Positions 12,736-25,506 of a stretch of DNA of 64,000 nucleotides are shown piece after piece (position 1 is the stretch's first letter; each line of letters opens with the position of its first letter). The notes below the pieces were generated by a model. That model worked only from the letters and a program-made list of their open reading frames with translations, did not search any database and had not been told where the DNA came from. A program made the position numbers and the translations under genes. Source of the stretch: the human T2T-CHM13v2.0 reference genome, Homo sapiens; NCBI RefSeq assembly GCF_009914755.1, contig NC_060933.1; one strand, given 5' to 3'.

Positions 12736-14970
12736 AAAGTTTATTTCTTTATAATATTCAACCCACATTCATGCCAAATTTCACTAGATAACACTATTCA
12801 CATTTATATGTTGCCTCTTGGGATATGTAAATGAGCAATCCTTCCAATAGGAAATGCTAATTCACTACATTATACTTCATATCTCTCATTCATCTGGAAG
12901 GGCTGGGAACAAATCCAATTTTCCACCTTGCTTCTAAAGAGTCAATGTCAAGTGTAAATTTGGTAAGTAGAAAACAGAAATTTCAAGCTGATTAGGTCCC
13001 AAATTATACATTCCAGCCCCCTGTTTGACAGACTACACAGCCAAGATGAGAACCTTCATCTTCTGACCACGGATTGAGTAAGTGACCAGCTGGTAAACCT
13101 GATCACACTGGCCCTGCTCCACATCCAGTCTTTAGCACTGCCCCAAAGTCTTCTTCCCCTGATGTGATGCCACCAAAGTAAAGAGCTTGCCCGTGGTGTT
13201 ATTTTCGTCAATGCACAGAATTACTGTCAGTAATTTCCCTCTTCTTGTCTGAGCACTGTATGTCTTAGAGCAATGCATGAATCACATGACCTTTTGATGC
13301 TTTGGTGAAATAAAGCTCCTCTCCTTGGTCATCAGAAAGGAGGCCTGGCTTGGAGAAGTGCCTCAGGGTGAAGCCCAAGACAGGGACTAGACTCTCCTAG
13401 AGCCTTCCTATAGCCTGTATAGACTCTGCCAAAGTCATCTTCATGTTTATCATCTACCATTCCTCCTTTAGGTACTGACACCATTCTGTCTTTCTTCTTA
13501 TCATCCACCCCCTCCAATTATCCCAATCCCCTCTCAAAAAAACAAAATTCCATCCCAGAAGTTCAGACTAGAAAGTCAAAAATCTAAGGAAAGTGTTGCA
13601 AGAATGATGAGGACTGTCAGTGGCTGCTCACGGTATACAGATTCCATCTCACAAGCACTGTCCAGGATTGCATTAGTCTTGGTGGTTTTGACAGAATGGG
13701 GAGAAACAAGACCGGGTCAAGAGGAGGCATCAGGAACAGGTATTATCAGCCTTGCATGTTGTCCTCTAAGTTAGAGGACTGGATAATATTTTTCTTTTCC
13801 AGATGCCCTGTTATCTGCAGGTTTTAGCTTGTATACTTTTGTTCTCAAGGTCTACAAGAAACTCCAGGCTCAGCGGTCTGCTGTGTCTAACTCCATTTGC
13901 AAATGCTCCAGCCTTCATGATGTTGCCTGTCTGTCATAATTATCAGCAGCCCCCTGGAAAGATGCTATTACTGGAAGTAATTTCACATTCTGACATGGCA
14001 GGAAGCTAGTACAAGTTGTAGGTACCTCAGATCTCTGCAAAGAGTCATGTATGCTGGTAATTTTTAGTTCGCTAGAAATAAATTTATCAAAGAAATACTC
14101 TCGCATATATATGCTGAGGGAAGGAAAAATGCCATAAAAAGGCATATCTCTCTTTCTTCCCCAACCATCCTCCAAAGAACTAGGGAAGACAAGTCAGTGT
14201 GGGGGCCATATTTTTTATCTGACTTAAAAGAAAGAAAATCAGATTTTTTAAAAAATCAGAAATTAACAAGTAGAACAAGTCTTCTAGTCCATGTAGAAGA
14301 AAATCTTAGAAACAAAGAGTAGAAACATTAAGGAATAATAATCAATCCTTCTGAGAATGCTGTTTTACTGTCCATAGAAACTAAAGCCTGTGCTTTTTAG
14401 CAGAAACCCAAGAGTCTGTTGACAATAGAAAGCACATGCCTTTGTGAAACTCCCATAGTAATCGAACATCAAGGAAAGGTAGTATGTGAAATACGGGCGA
14501 CTTAATTTTTCCCTAGCATCACGAAGATCAAAAGAATATCTCTATTCTACCAAGGAGACACCCCAAGTCTTCTACCTCCCCACTGGGGGACCAAGCAAAT
14601 TCCTTGATTTCTCATGTCATTACCACAGCCTGAAATGATGTAACAATAACAGCAAACCGGGGTGTCCCCCTGCGCCAACTCTCTAATCAGGTTCAAAGTA
14701 TGTTTTGTTGGTTCTCATTGACGCCACTCAAAGGAACTGGTCACTCGTGGTCTCAAAAGTTTTACAACAAATTGTGTGATTAAATTCCTTAAACACGTCT
14801 GTCCATTACTAATCCTCTTTTGCCAACATCCCTTTCAGAGAAAAATTGCAGCGCTGCATGGTGCCTGATTTATATTTCATTTTGAGAACAGGAAGTAAAA
14901 GGATTAAAGTTAAGGATTAAAACACTTACTCTTTACTGCATTTTTTTTTCTCCTCCTGAATGGCTTCCTG

Positions 14971-14984
14971 GTTGCCATGGCTAC
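14971..14984. promoter_or_regulatory. Candidate RFX X-box GTTGCCATGGCTAC
   Basis: 13/14 match to the palindromic X-box GTTGCCATGGCAAC, directly abutting an ETS-like GGCTTCCTG, in non-repetitive sequence. Motif match only. Confidence 0.4.
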
Positions 14985-16489
14985 TGTTCACTGGTCCTTA
15001 GCCCTGAATGCACATCTCTTTGCATTAATAAAATATTTTAAATGAGACTTCATGGAAAACAATAGGAAAAGTAGCTTTAAGTTCAATTGCTCTTGAAAAA
15101 GCAGGTACAAATTTTTAAAAATCCTTTTTCTTTGTCCTTTTATTAGTATATTCAAGAGGGAAACTTGAACTAAAAGACAGCACAGGGAGTCTAAAGATGT
15201 ACAATGCAAAATCAGAATTATTCAGCAAGGGCACAAAGAGGTAACTCTGAGATAGTGAGTTGGTCCTTAGCTTACAAACCAGTGTTTGTAGGAAGATTAA
15301 GGGTCCCTGGGAATTTCTCAAATGTTGCAATACCACAGAGCATTTAAAAGGCAAAAATGCACGTAAATGCAGTGTTGCAATTCCAAATTGGAAATACTAG
15401 CCAGGAAATGAAAAACTGAGGTTTTCACTACCACAAAGTTAACTTAACCATAACAATGTAAATATCATTGCTTTGTACCCAAGTTGCTGGTGTTCCTGGT
15501 ACCAGCATGTCATAGGAGTGTGGCCAAAGGGGCAATACCACGACAGCATGTGCTGTCAGAGCTGAAGATGTTTGCATGAACAGTGCACTCAGCTGAGGCC
15601 AAGTTAGGCACCCAGAAGAAAGGGTGACATTGACAAGTGAGCAAACACAACTCCATTTGAATTGTTCCTCTAAAAACCCTCCATTGAAATTCATTTTAGA
15701 ATATACTGCCTACATTCCTTTAAAAAGCCAAGGAAAACTGATGAGATGGAACATAATAAAACTCCTTTTTAACTTCTATTCTTAAAGCCCAATAGCAGGA
15801 TGAGCTCCAGTATAAATTGTGAAGTGACTTCTAAAACACTACTCCATCCATTATTTTTTTTTTTTTCAATGCTCTCTACTTCCAAGTTTTTCTCTGCCTT
15901 GTCATCTATTGGTTTCAAGTTATTCCTTTATTCCCCAGGGCCCCACTGAAACGACCTCACCCAGGTCCAAGTATACTCTATTTCTGACTTCTTTCAACCC
16001 CATATTCCTATTGAAACCACCGTTCCTGTATAGTAGCCACAGAAAACGGACATAGTTGCTCCTTGAAAATTGGTAATTGAACCCACATTGACATATAATG
16101 GGAGTGAAGTGTTGCACTGCCTTTGCTATACAATGAAAAAATAACTAATAGGGATCTTCTGGAGATAATCCTATAACTGAAAAGAATGATTGTATTGGCG
16201 GCAATTTTATGCTTTCTAGAAGGCTAGTGCTAAGAATAATTTCAGGTGGGGGTGGTAAGGAACGTCTATCAAATCATGAGATAACTGATGGCACTCATGG
16301 GCAGGACTGTAGACTCTCAAACAAATGTGGATGAAAATGTTTAGGGCTAAATGCAGACTGGCAAGATAGAGTCATGTCTTTCAAATATCCATGTTCCCTC
16401 TTTCCTGGTTTCAGTCTTTTCTTTTGGAAACTACTTTTATTTCAGGACTATCCTGAATATTTAGGGTCATTTGAGGGCAGGCTGGGATT

Positions 16490-16965
16490 AGTGTTTGGCT
16501 GTCCTTGCACATTTGCAATTAAGAAGGACCAACAAGAACTCCACCTTGAGAGGCAATTCTCTATGATGTGTCTTGTGAGCAGGGAGGGAGACTGGCAATC
16601 TTTCTGAACTATCTTTTCAAAGATGCTTTGAAAAACCATGACAGTGTCTCCCTCCTGATCAAAAGGCAAGCATGCTTATGTCTATTATAAAAGATTCAAG
16701 TTCCCTAAGCTCAGAATTTCCCTCTTGTAATACAACCTAGTGCCTGGCCGTCTTCATGGTACCTTATGGGAACTAGGACTTAAACAACTGGCATAAGAAA
16801 ATGATGATACTCTGGCTATCACTATTACTATAAATAATACACTGTCCTTTGAGACTCTGACCCAGGAGTCTCATGTCTCCTGCCAGTATCCATGAAACTG
16901 TGGCAGGCTAACTTGCTAGTGTGTAACCTAGGGTAAAATCTCAGACTCTTTGTAATTCTTGCCCT
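16490..16965 (+). mobile_element. ERV solo LTR (LTR47-like; family tentative)
   Basis: 3' segment 'ctctgacccaggagtctcatgtc...catgaaactgtggcaggctaacttg...agggtaaaatctcagac' resembles a remembered LTR consensus; 5' boundary uncertain. Confidence 0.5.
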
Positions 16966-17499
16966 CTACAGGGCCATCCCTAGGATACACATGGCATTGA
17001 AAACAAAACACAAAAAAACAAAAACTGTGGGGTTCTTGTCTATATAATCAATTTGAGTCACCCTCAATCAGAATGCCAGAACCACTGTAGAGGTCCAATT
17101 TCAACCAGTTCAGCTAAAGAAATGCCACAATGACCAATGTTCACCAACCAACCTTTTGGAATTAGGATCTGCTTATAAGACCCCGGGAAGATCCCATAGG
17201 TGTGAGTTCTAGAGCTCCTTGGGGTACTTAGTTGACCCTACATATATGGAAGAGGGTGGGAAAGTGCCCTGAAGGATGGAATGGGGGACAGTGACCATGT
17301 GGGTCTCAGTGTAGGATCAGATTGCCCCAACTGGATGGTACTGCTGACCTAGCCACCAAGAGGAGAGCTTACACAATTTTCAATTAGGTACTCCAAAGCA
17401 TGGGGAAAATCTACCACCATCTCTAACAGAGGCCACTATAGAATTCATGCCAAGAACTTGTTGATAAGTTATAAAATTTTCAGTGTTGGGAAATCAGAC

Positions 17500-18170
17500 C
17501 GCCATAGTCAGAATGGTAAAGCCAAAAGAGCACTGCATGTTGAGTTAGAAAAATGCAGCTTGAGTACAGTTCTACTGCTTACTGAATGTGCTTTGTTAGT
17601 CATTTAACGTCTCTGAACCTGAGGTCTTTCATCTCTAAAATGAAATGTGTTCTCATCATTTAGCTCCCACTTATAAGTGAGAACATGAGAACACATGGAG
17701 ACATATAGGGGAACAACACACACTGGGGCCTGTTGGGAGGGTGGAAGATGGGAGGAGGAGAATCAGAAAAAATAACTAATAGGTAGTATGCTTAATACCC
17801 GGGCAACAAAATAATCTGTACAACAAACCCTCATGACACAAGTTTACCTATATAACAAACCTGCACATGTACCCCTGAACTTAAAGTAGAAGTTAAAAAA
17901 TAAAAAAAAAAAATTAAAAATAAAAAAAAATAATAAAATGAAATGAAATGGGATCAGGATACCCCAACTGGATGGTACTATTGGCTCAGTTACCAAGAAA
18001 GGGGCTTGAAGAATTTTGGAAAAGATACTTCAAAGCATGGAGGCTCTACCATCTCTAATAGAAGGCCACAATATTAATTGTAATACTAGCCTCGTAGAAT
18101 TGTTTTGAAGACTGAAAAAGTAAACACCCATGAAAATACCCAGCAAACGGGTATTTGGTGATTATTATTG
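17500..18170 (+). mobile_element. MIR split by two later insertions
   Basis: 5' half ends 'ctctgaacctgaggtctttcatctctaaaatg' (17642); 3' half resumes 'taatactagcctcgtagaattgttttgaagactgaaa' (18081). Confidence 0.65.
17646..17933 (+). mobile_element. 5'-truncated older primate L1 (L1PA/L1PB) 3' end with 5' inversion, poly(A) and TSD TAAAATGAAATG
   Basis: L1 3'UTR 'aacaaacctgcacatgtacccctgaacttaaa' + A tail; 17646-17687 is inverted L1 sequence; TSD at 17636-17647 and 17934-17945. Confidence 0.9.
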
Positions 18171-18253
18171 TTGGCCCTCCCATTTCTTTTAAACTGTTAT
18201 TTCATAACTAAGGAGAATAAAAATAGCTAATGGCATCCATTATGCTATTACAG

Positions 18254-18554
18254 TTTTTTTTTTTTTTTTTTTTGAGACAGAGTCTCACTCTGTTGCCCAG
18301 GCTGGAGTGCAGTGGCACGGTCTCGGCTCACTGCAAGCTCCGCCTCCTGGGTTCACACCATTCTCCCGCCTCAGCCTCCTGAGTAGCTGGGACTACAGGT
18401 GCCCGCCACCACACCCGGCTAATTTTTTGTATTTTTAGTAGAGACGGGGTTTCTCCGTGTTAGCCAGGATGGTCTCAATCTCCTGACCTCGTGATCCACC
18501 CGCCTTGGCCTCCCAAAATGCTGGGATTACAGGCATGAGCCACTGTGCCCGGCC
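18254..18554 (-). mobile_element. AluY-like SINE
   Basis: Full length; 'ctgcaagctccgcc', 'gtgttagccaggatggtc' Y-type diagnostics. Confidence 0.93.
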
Positions 18555-19849
18555 ATTACTGACTGTTTTAAATATCAAATCACCCTTTCTTGCTTTTTGT
18601 GATGGTTGAAGAGATAAAAGTGGTACTGAGTTTGTGAGTGTTTTTGCTATGTTAAAGTGTCTAATCAATTTCATGCTTAATATTCTATGGGGAAGGGAAA
18701 TATTAATGAGGATAGAGACGGGAGATGGGGAAAATATTATGAAGCATTAGGTTCCTCAGTTCATTTATGCTATGATTTAGGGCTCCCTATGTGTCTGAGT
18801 CTTTGTGACTCAGAAATTCAGGAACTTACTCTTGACATATTTTTGAATATAAAAGAACAGGTTTTTTTTTTTTTTTTTTTAAAGAAGAGGTGGGGGATCA
18901 TCTTTGGATCCTTGGTTGCTATTTTGAGTACACAGAAATGAAATCCGATTTCTATATTTGCTTATGTACACATGAGGAAATGAAATGTCAAGGATGTCCT
19001 TTGCACTATTATCTCAAAATACAGTTTCTATTCAAAGTCTACGATGGGTAAACATTATCTAAATTCCTATAGCCTAGCTGGTGCTTGTGTGCTAGACTAG
19101 CCCAAAGCAGTATTGTGAAACAGAGCTTCTTGTCTTCGTGCCTTGCCAGCTCTCTACCTATATTTTTCCTTTTGAGTCTCCTTTTTCAAAGCTCAGTGAT
19201 GTCCTTAGAGATTTGAAATGAGGAAAACTTCTCATTACAGTAATTTATCCTTTTTACCACCAAACTTAAAGATCTTGCATCACAACCCTACAGGACTTCG
19301 CAGTATGGTTGTCACTGAATCTGAAAGCAAATTGGAGCTCAAGTTTTGATTATGCACAGTGGTGTCATGCATTATTCCTTCAAGATAAGGTGTGTAGTAC
19401 AACAGCTGCCTGCGATGTGTATCTCGAAATGAGGACAGTTGAAATTGTATTCAGATCACCCACAAGAAAGTGCCCTTCTCATTTAACTAAGTTGTGTCCA
19501 GGAGAAAAGAAAAAATTATGTTCTGAGCACCTCCTACATTCTGCAGTTTGGATTTTTCACTAAGTCCATTCACAGGCATGGTCTCACTTGAATCACACAA
19601 TCGCCCTGTGGAGGTAGGTTGTTTTAGCATGGGAACCGGAAGCTCAGAGAAGCTAAGTAATTTCTCCCAGAGTCAGAGCTAAGATTCAAACTCAGTCAGG
19701 CACAGTTCCAAAGCCTTACTTGTCCTTTACAAAAAACAAGAACTACCACCATCAGAAGAGTAGTTTCACTAAAATGGGAGAAAGCTGGAGTTTAAACAAA
19801 ATAGTGGAATAATGAGTTGGCCTTTGTAAAAGTGACATCAAAACAGAAA

Positions 19850-20173
19850 CCTTTAGATGGGGGAGAAAAATCTAAAAATATGTAAAAATATATCTATAGT
19901 AAATTTTCTATGATTAAAAAATCCACACAGCAAATCAAGTTTCACAAATGGCAAACTACTAAAATATATGCAATATTTATGACAATTAACTAGTTAATAT
20001 CTGTTATATATAGTTACTTCAAATCAATATAAAAATTATCCATAAAATAAGAAAAGACAACAGATAATATAAAATTGAAATATAAATGGTTAATAAATTT
20101 TGAATAATCAAATCTACCAGCAATCTAAGAACTGTATATCAATAGTTCATCTATTATTCATCCATCATACTGT

Positions 20174-20212
<39 letters not shown>

Positions 20213-20760
20213 TCACATTGGTAAAGTGTAAGAAAAAAGTTGGTTTTATATAGTCCTAACAGAAATTCAAACAAACTGTTACAAATTTTGGGGAAGTCAT
20301 TTTGGCAATATGTTGTAAGGAATTTATTTGAAGCACTTTAGGATATGTACTAAGATCTATATACTAGCATATGCGCTATAGAATTGTTCATGATAGTACA
20401 ATCTTTAAAATCATCTAATTATCTGAAAATAGAAAGTTGGTTAAGTGAAATGCAGTGTATCTTTTAAAATGCAGTCATTAAAAATATAGTTACTGTCAAG
20501 GCAATATATTCACTATATACCACTTAGAAGAATCAAAACAGAGGGACCCATAATATGATTGCATATGACAGGAAAAAATATATAGAAAGATAGGCACCAA
20601 AGTTAAGCCACTGTGATTCATTGATTGTAAAATATATGCTAACATCTCTGAAATCAAGACAAGACTTACAATCAATGGTGTCTTGGTTTCAATGAAAGTT
20701 TGCATATGTCCTCATTTTCTTTTTACACAGATAGGCATCGCTTATGTAATTTTAAAAAGA
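19850..20760 (+). mobile_element. Ancient L1 (L1M-type) fragment(s)
   Basis: A-rich degenerate L1 ORF2-end/3'UTR-like motifs (ttttggcaatatg; aaggaatttat; attgttcatgatagt; ggttaagtgaaatg). Confidence 0.45.
20176..20205. repeat. (AC)15 microsatellite
   Basis: Directly visible. Confidence 0.95.
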
Positions 20761-21239
20761 AGAATGGACTCTGAACATGATATAACAACACTGCTACTAC
20801 CTGGCTTATTTATATTTTTTCTACAGGAGGGAGTGGTGAAGGGGAAATGCGGAAAAATAATTGCTGGGGGTAAGGTGGGGAAGGATAGGAGAGAAGTTAA
20901 CAAGAGACCTCATCTAGCTAGTCAGGGAATTCAAGGTTCTAAGTGTTCACAAACTCTGCTACCAAAAACACTTGTAAAGGTGATTATAAAAGTATGCTTT
21001 GAAAAAATATAAAGAGAGAAAGCCAAAAAAATGGAGAAAGAGATGCATATCTCAAATTTCAGTAAGGTAAAAAAGAGCCTAGAAATGTATCTAATGACCA
21101 GAAAGCTTCAACTTTATGGTTGGAAAGATTCTACGAAGAATAATGGGTTGCCAAGCAGTAAAGAAGGAAGGAAGTCAGTTGGAGTTAGGATGGGGTCATT
21201 GGGAACAACCAGAGAATCCTCATTTCCTTTTTAGATACC

Positions 21240-21410
21240 ATTAGTGGAAAGCCACTCCTAGAATTCCAAGATAATTAGCCAAGTCTCTCATGATAGCATT
21301 TTGGAAAAGACTGAGAAACCTAGAACTGATGATAGCATGGCTGGGTGTAGTCATAGTTGGATAAGCCACTTATCTAAAGACTGTTGATTAATGGAAATAT
21401 GCCAACCAAA
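21240..21410 (+). mobile_element. L3/CR1 LINE reverse-transcriptase-region remnant
   Basis: 'tctctcatgatagcattttggaaaagactgagaaa...gatgatagc...catagttgg...aaagactgttgattaatgg' resembles CR1 RT sequence. Confidence 0.4.
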
Positions 21411-22135
21411 CTAATTGCCTTGTCTCCTTTCACTGTAAATACCTAATTCGTTTCCCACATTACCACTATAATTATCTCTCTAAATCACAGATCTGACCAC
21501 TGTATATGTTTAACACCTTAGCAGGGCACATAAGGCCCTTTAGCACTGGTTCCTTTGTCGACCTTTTTACCTCAATGCCTATCTCAATAGCCAATAAATG
21601 ACACTGCAAGCCTCACTGTGACCCTTGCTGACACTGTACTCTACACCATGAATGAAATATAGAGCATAGAGACGAATATAGTCCATACGCCAAAAAATCT
21701 GGAATCCGGGTAATAAGAAAAAATTGTGGGAAACTAGAGATATTAAAGGAGAATTTCACAGACATCAGCAAGGTCACCATGGAAAAGCAGCAGCACATTT
21801 GGAAGACAGTAGAGCCCATGTGCAAGTGTTTCAGAAAGGTGTTTTTTTTTTTTCTCTATAGTACAAGGATGTTTGAATATATTAGGGTTGCTAAATAACA
21901 GGAATACCCAAAAAGACTATCATAAAAGTCAGAAAGTTTAAGATTACATGAAGAAGCTTTATGAGTATCTTTTGGGACTTCCTAAATGTGTCTCCCATAC
22001 TAGGCTGCAGGATGGATGAGGTGACATTTAAGGATGCATATAATGCTGATGGGCTATAGCCTAGACCTCATGTAGTGGCAGTGTGACAAGCAACCATCCT
22101 AAAAGCCATGCTTTTCTATTATAGTTAAAAGAATA

Positions 22136-22189
22136 GCCTGTAATCCCACCACTTTGGGAGGCCAAGGCAGGTGGATCACTTGAGGTCAG
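22136..22189 (+). mobile_element. Alu left-arm fragment (54 bp), no tail
   Basis: gcctgtaatcccaccactttgggaggccaaggcaggtggatcacttgaggtcag. Confidence 0.9.
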
Positions 22190-23660
22190 TAAAAATCTAT
22201 GGAGCCTCTCCCCAGAAAAATACATTTTGCATATAATTTCTGGGAGTTCATGAGCTTCCTAAAACACAGCCATCCATGGGCCTTTGCCCATGGTCTATGA
22301 GCCCCAAGTCAATAACCCCTGAATATAATTAGATTTCACAGGTTCAAATTTGATTTAAATTCCCTCTAGCTTCGATTCCAGCTTGCTTTCCTTTGTCTGG
22401 ATCTTCTGTTGTGCTATTGTCTGAGTATCTGTATGACCCAGAAAGACTGGCTCTAGTAATCACTGAAAGAATATTCAGTTCTTAGGAAGGAAAATATTTC
22501 CAAGGATATTACTGGTCTGTTGTCAGGCACAGTAGACTGCTATGGATTGCAGGTATGTGGCATAACAATGCTTTCTACTGAACTAGCTCCCCTTTCACTT
22601 CTGGGGCCCCATGTTTGCCTTTCAAGCTAGTTGCAAAGAAGGGAAAATGGAAAAACCAGGGGAATGTAACTTAAGCTAAGTCCTGAAGCAATTCATGGCA
22701 GTGCTTAAAAGAAGCCCATACCTTCTGATGTCCAATCCAAACACCACTCTAAGACATGGCCACCTGCCTGGTATCCACCATGAAAAGTTTTTGTATTAGG
22801 CTTATCCACGCCCTTGTGTGAAGTCACCCTGAAAACAAATCTTCACAGATCAGAGAGCCAAGATACAAACAAATGGGAAGATACTGCCCATGGATATCAA
22901 TGACATAGCTCAACTGAAGCTGAAAAGGAAAGACAAGAGAGAACTACCAGAGGGAGCAGTAATTGCACAAAGGACATGAATACTTTGGTGGGGATGGAGA
23001 GGGAGTGCCTGAGAAGGGCAATAGTGAGCTGTGTTATGAGATTTTAGGACACTATATTTAGGTAGCAGAGAGCCTGAGCTAAACACTTTTATTCCAAAAT
23101 GATTTTCATCAAGAATGCACAAAATTTAATAAGAGAAAGGGAATAAGAAGCTTAGAAGGCTTCTGTCAGTCAGTCAATCAGAAAAACAATTATCTAGGAA
23201 CTCTTTCCATAAGGTAGCTGTGCTAGGCACTGTACAGCCTGAATAGCTCATTAAAACACCTGTCAGAGGGTCGTCATTCCTTACACAGTTGGCCAGAACT
23301 GTGCCCCAAAAACCCATTTTTGGTCCCCATTACCAATTTTCAGGGGGAATAGAAATAAAACTACTTTGTTACATTTGACAAAATATTGTAATGTAATAAA
23401 GAATAATACTGATCTCCTTATTGCTTTCAGACAGTAAATATAAGACTACTCCTTAACAATCTCTATCATTTGCAAAGGAACTCCCAAGTTCCATGTTCCA
23501 GAAGCTTTCTCTGTGTGACTTTATCATAGCATTTCCCCCACTATACTGAAAGCTGGCATCTCCCGGTGTGTCTCTTGTTAGAATGTAATCTTCAGGAGAG
23601 TGGGGCCAGGTCTTGCTTCTAAATCCTCAGAGCTGGCATGGGCCTCGCCTGTACTGAGTA

Positions 23661-24235
23661 CAGCAGGTCCTGGAATAACGTGGTGTCTTTATAATGCTGA
23701 TGAGAAAAAAAATCGATTCCTGGCCAGAGCTGGTGTCTGTGTGAAGTGTTCTCCCCATGTCTGTATGGGTTTTCTCCAGGTACTCTAGTTTCCTCTCATG
23801 TACCAAAGATGTTACCATTAGGTGAATGGGTGTGTCTACATGGTCAGTGTGTGTGCGTGTGCGCGCGTGTGTGTGTGTGTGTGCACGTGATCACTGTGAT
23901 GAGACGGAATCCTCTCCAGGCCTTGAACTGTTGGGGTAGGATCCAGCCACCCTCAACCTTGAACTTAAACAATTGGGAAAATAATTTTTGTATTTGCTTT
24001 TAATTATCTTTCTTAAAAGTACATAAGCTCACATTCACTTCAATGTTTAATGTTAAAAGTGTTTGAGATCTTTATTTAGAAGTTTGATGATGTTTTTGTG
24101 ACCAGAAATATGCCCTCGGAACTTAATTCTCGTTTTATCAATTAGCCTTTGGTAAAATTGGTTCTGTTATACATCATGTTGCTTAGAGTTGCAGTTTCCA
24201 AGAACCTACTGAGGCCATTAAGTGAGGGCAGAGTG
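23661..24235 (+). mobile_element. MER6A-like Tc1/mariner (Tigger) non-autonomous DNA transposon, TA TSD
   Basis: Begins TA|cagcaggtcctggaataacg and ends ttaagtgagggcagagtg|TA; internal 'tgatgagaaaaaaaatcgattcc', 'gttctccccatgtctg...gggttttctcc', 'gtgaccagaaatatgcc'. Confidence 0.85.
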
Positions 24236-24489
24236 TACTCAGAGAATCACAAATGCTAACCATCTGGGTCATTTTCTTAGATGGGAGCACTAAGCTATGC
24301 TTTTCACTGTCTAGCATGCAGTCCCTCAATTGAGTGCCATCTCCGTTAAGGAGGACAGGCTGCAGAAAGGTGCAATTAAAACAAATTAAGATGATCCTAA
24401 CATCTATTGCTATAGTTTAGTAGTATCAGGTTCTTTTTTTAAAAGCTCATACAGGAAGGTACAGTATTGCGACTAAAGCAATGCTTTTT

Positions 24490-24792
<303 letters not shown>

Positions 24793-24840
24793 TGCAATGC
24801 TTTTTAAAAATTTGCAGCCAATCTATATTTTTTCATTTCT

Positions 24841-25194
<354 letters not shown>

Positions 25195-25239
25195 TAAATT
25201 AGTCATTTGAATGTGTTCCCACTACAAATATGATCAGCT

Positions 25240-25506
25240 CCTCAGAGAGGCCTTTCCTGCCCATCTCACTTCAATAGGCCACCCTCTGTTAACATCCGTA
25301 TCAGTTCCCTTATTGTTTCCTTATCTGTATTTATGTGGCTGATTTTCTGTTTATTTTTTTTACTGTTGTTGGACTTTCATGAAGATAATGTAAATCTATG
25401 AGGGCACAGAACTTGTCTGTCTTATACACATTTGTATCTCTGGATCTAACCTAGTGCCTGACACGCAGTAAGTACTCAATAAATATCTGTTGAGTAGAAT
25501 AAATGA
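25240..25506 (+). mobile_element. L2 LINE 3' end
   Basis: Ends 'agtgcctgacacgcagtaagtactcaataaatatctgttgagtagaataaatga'. Confidence 0.7.

Noticed and set aside
13788-13980. Plus-strand acceptor (ttttcttttccag) plus CTCF-like CCAGGGGGC core, as an antisense exon or insulator
   Set aside because: No convincing donor, and only a partial CTCF match; unsupported without expression or ChIP data.
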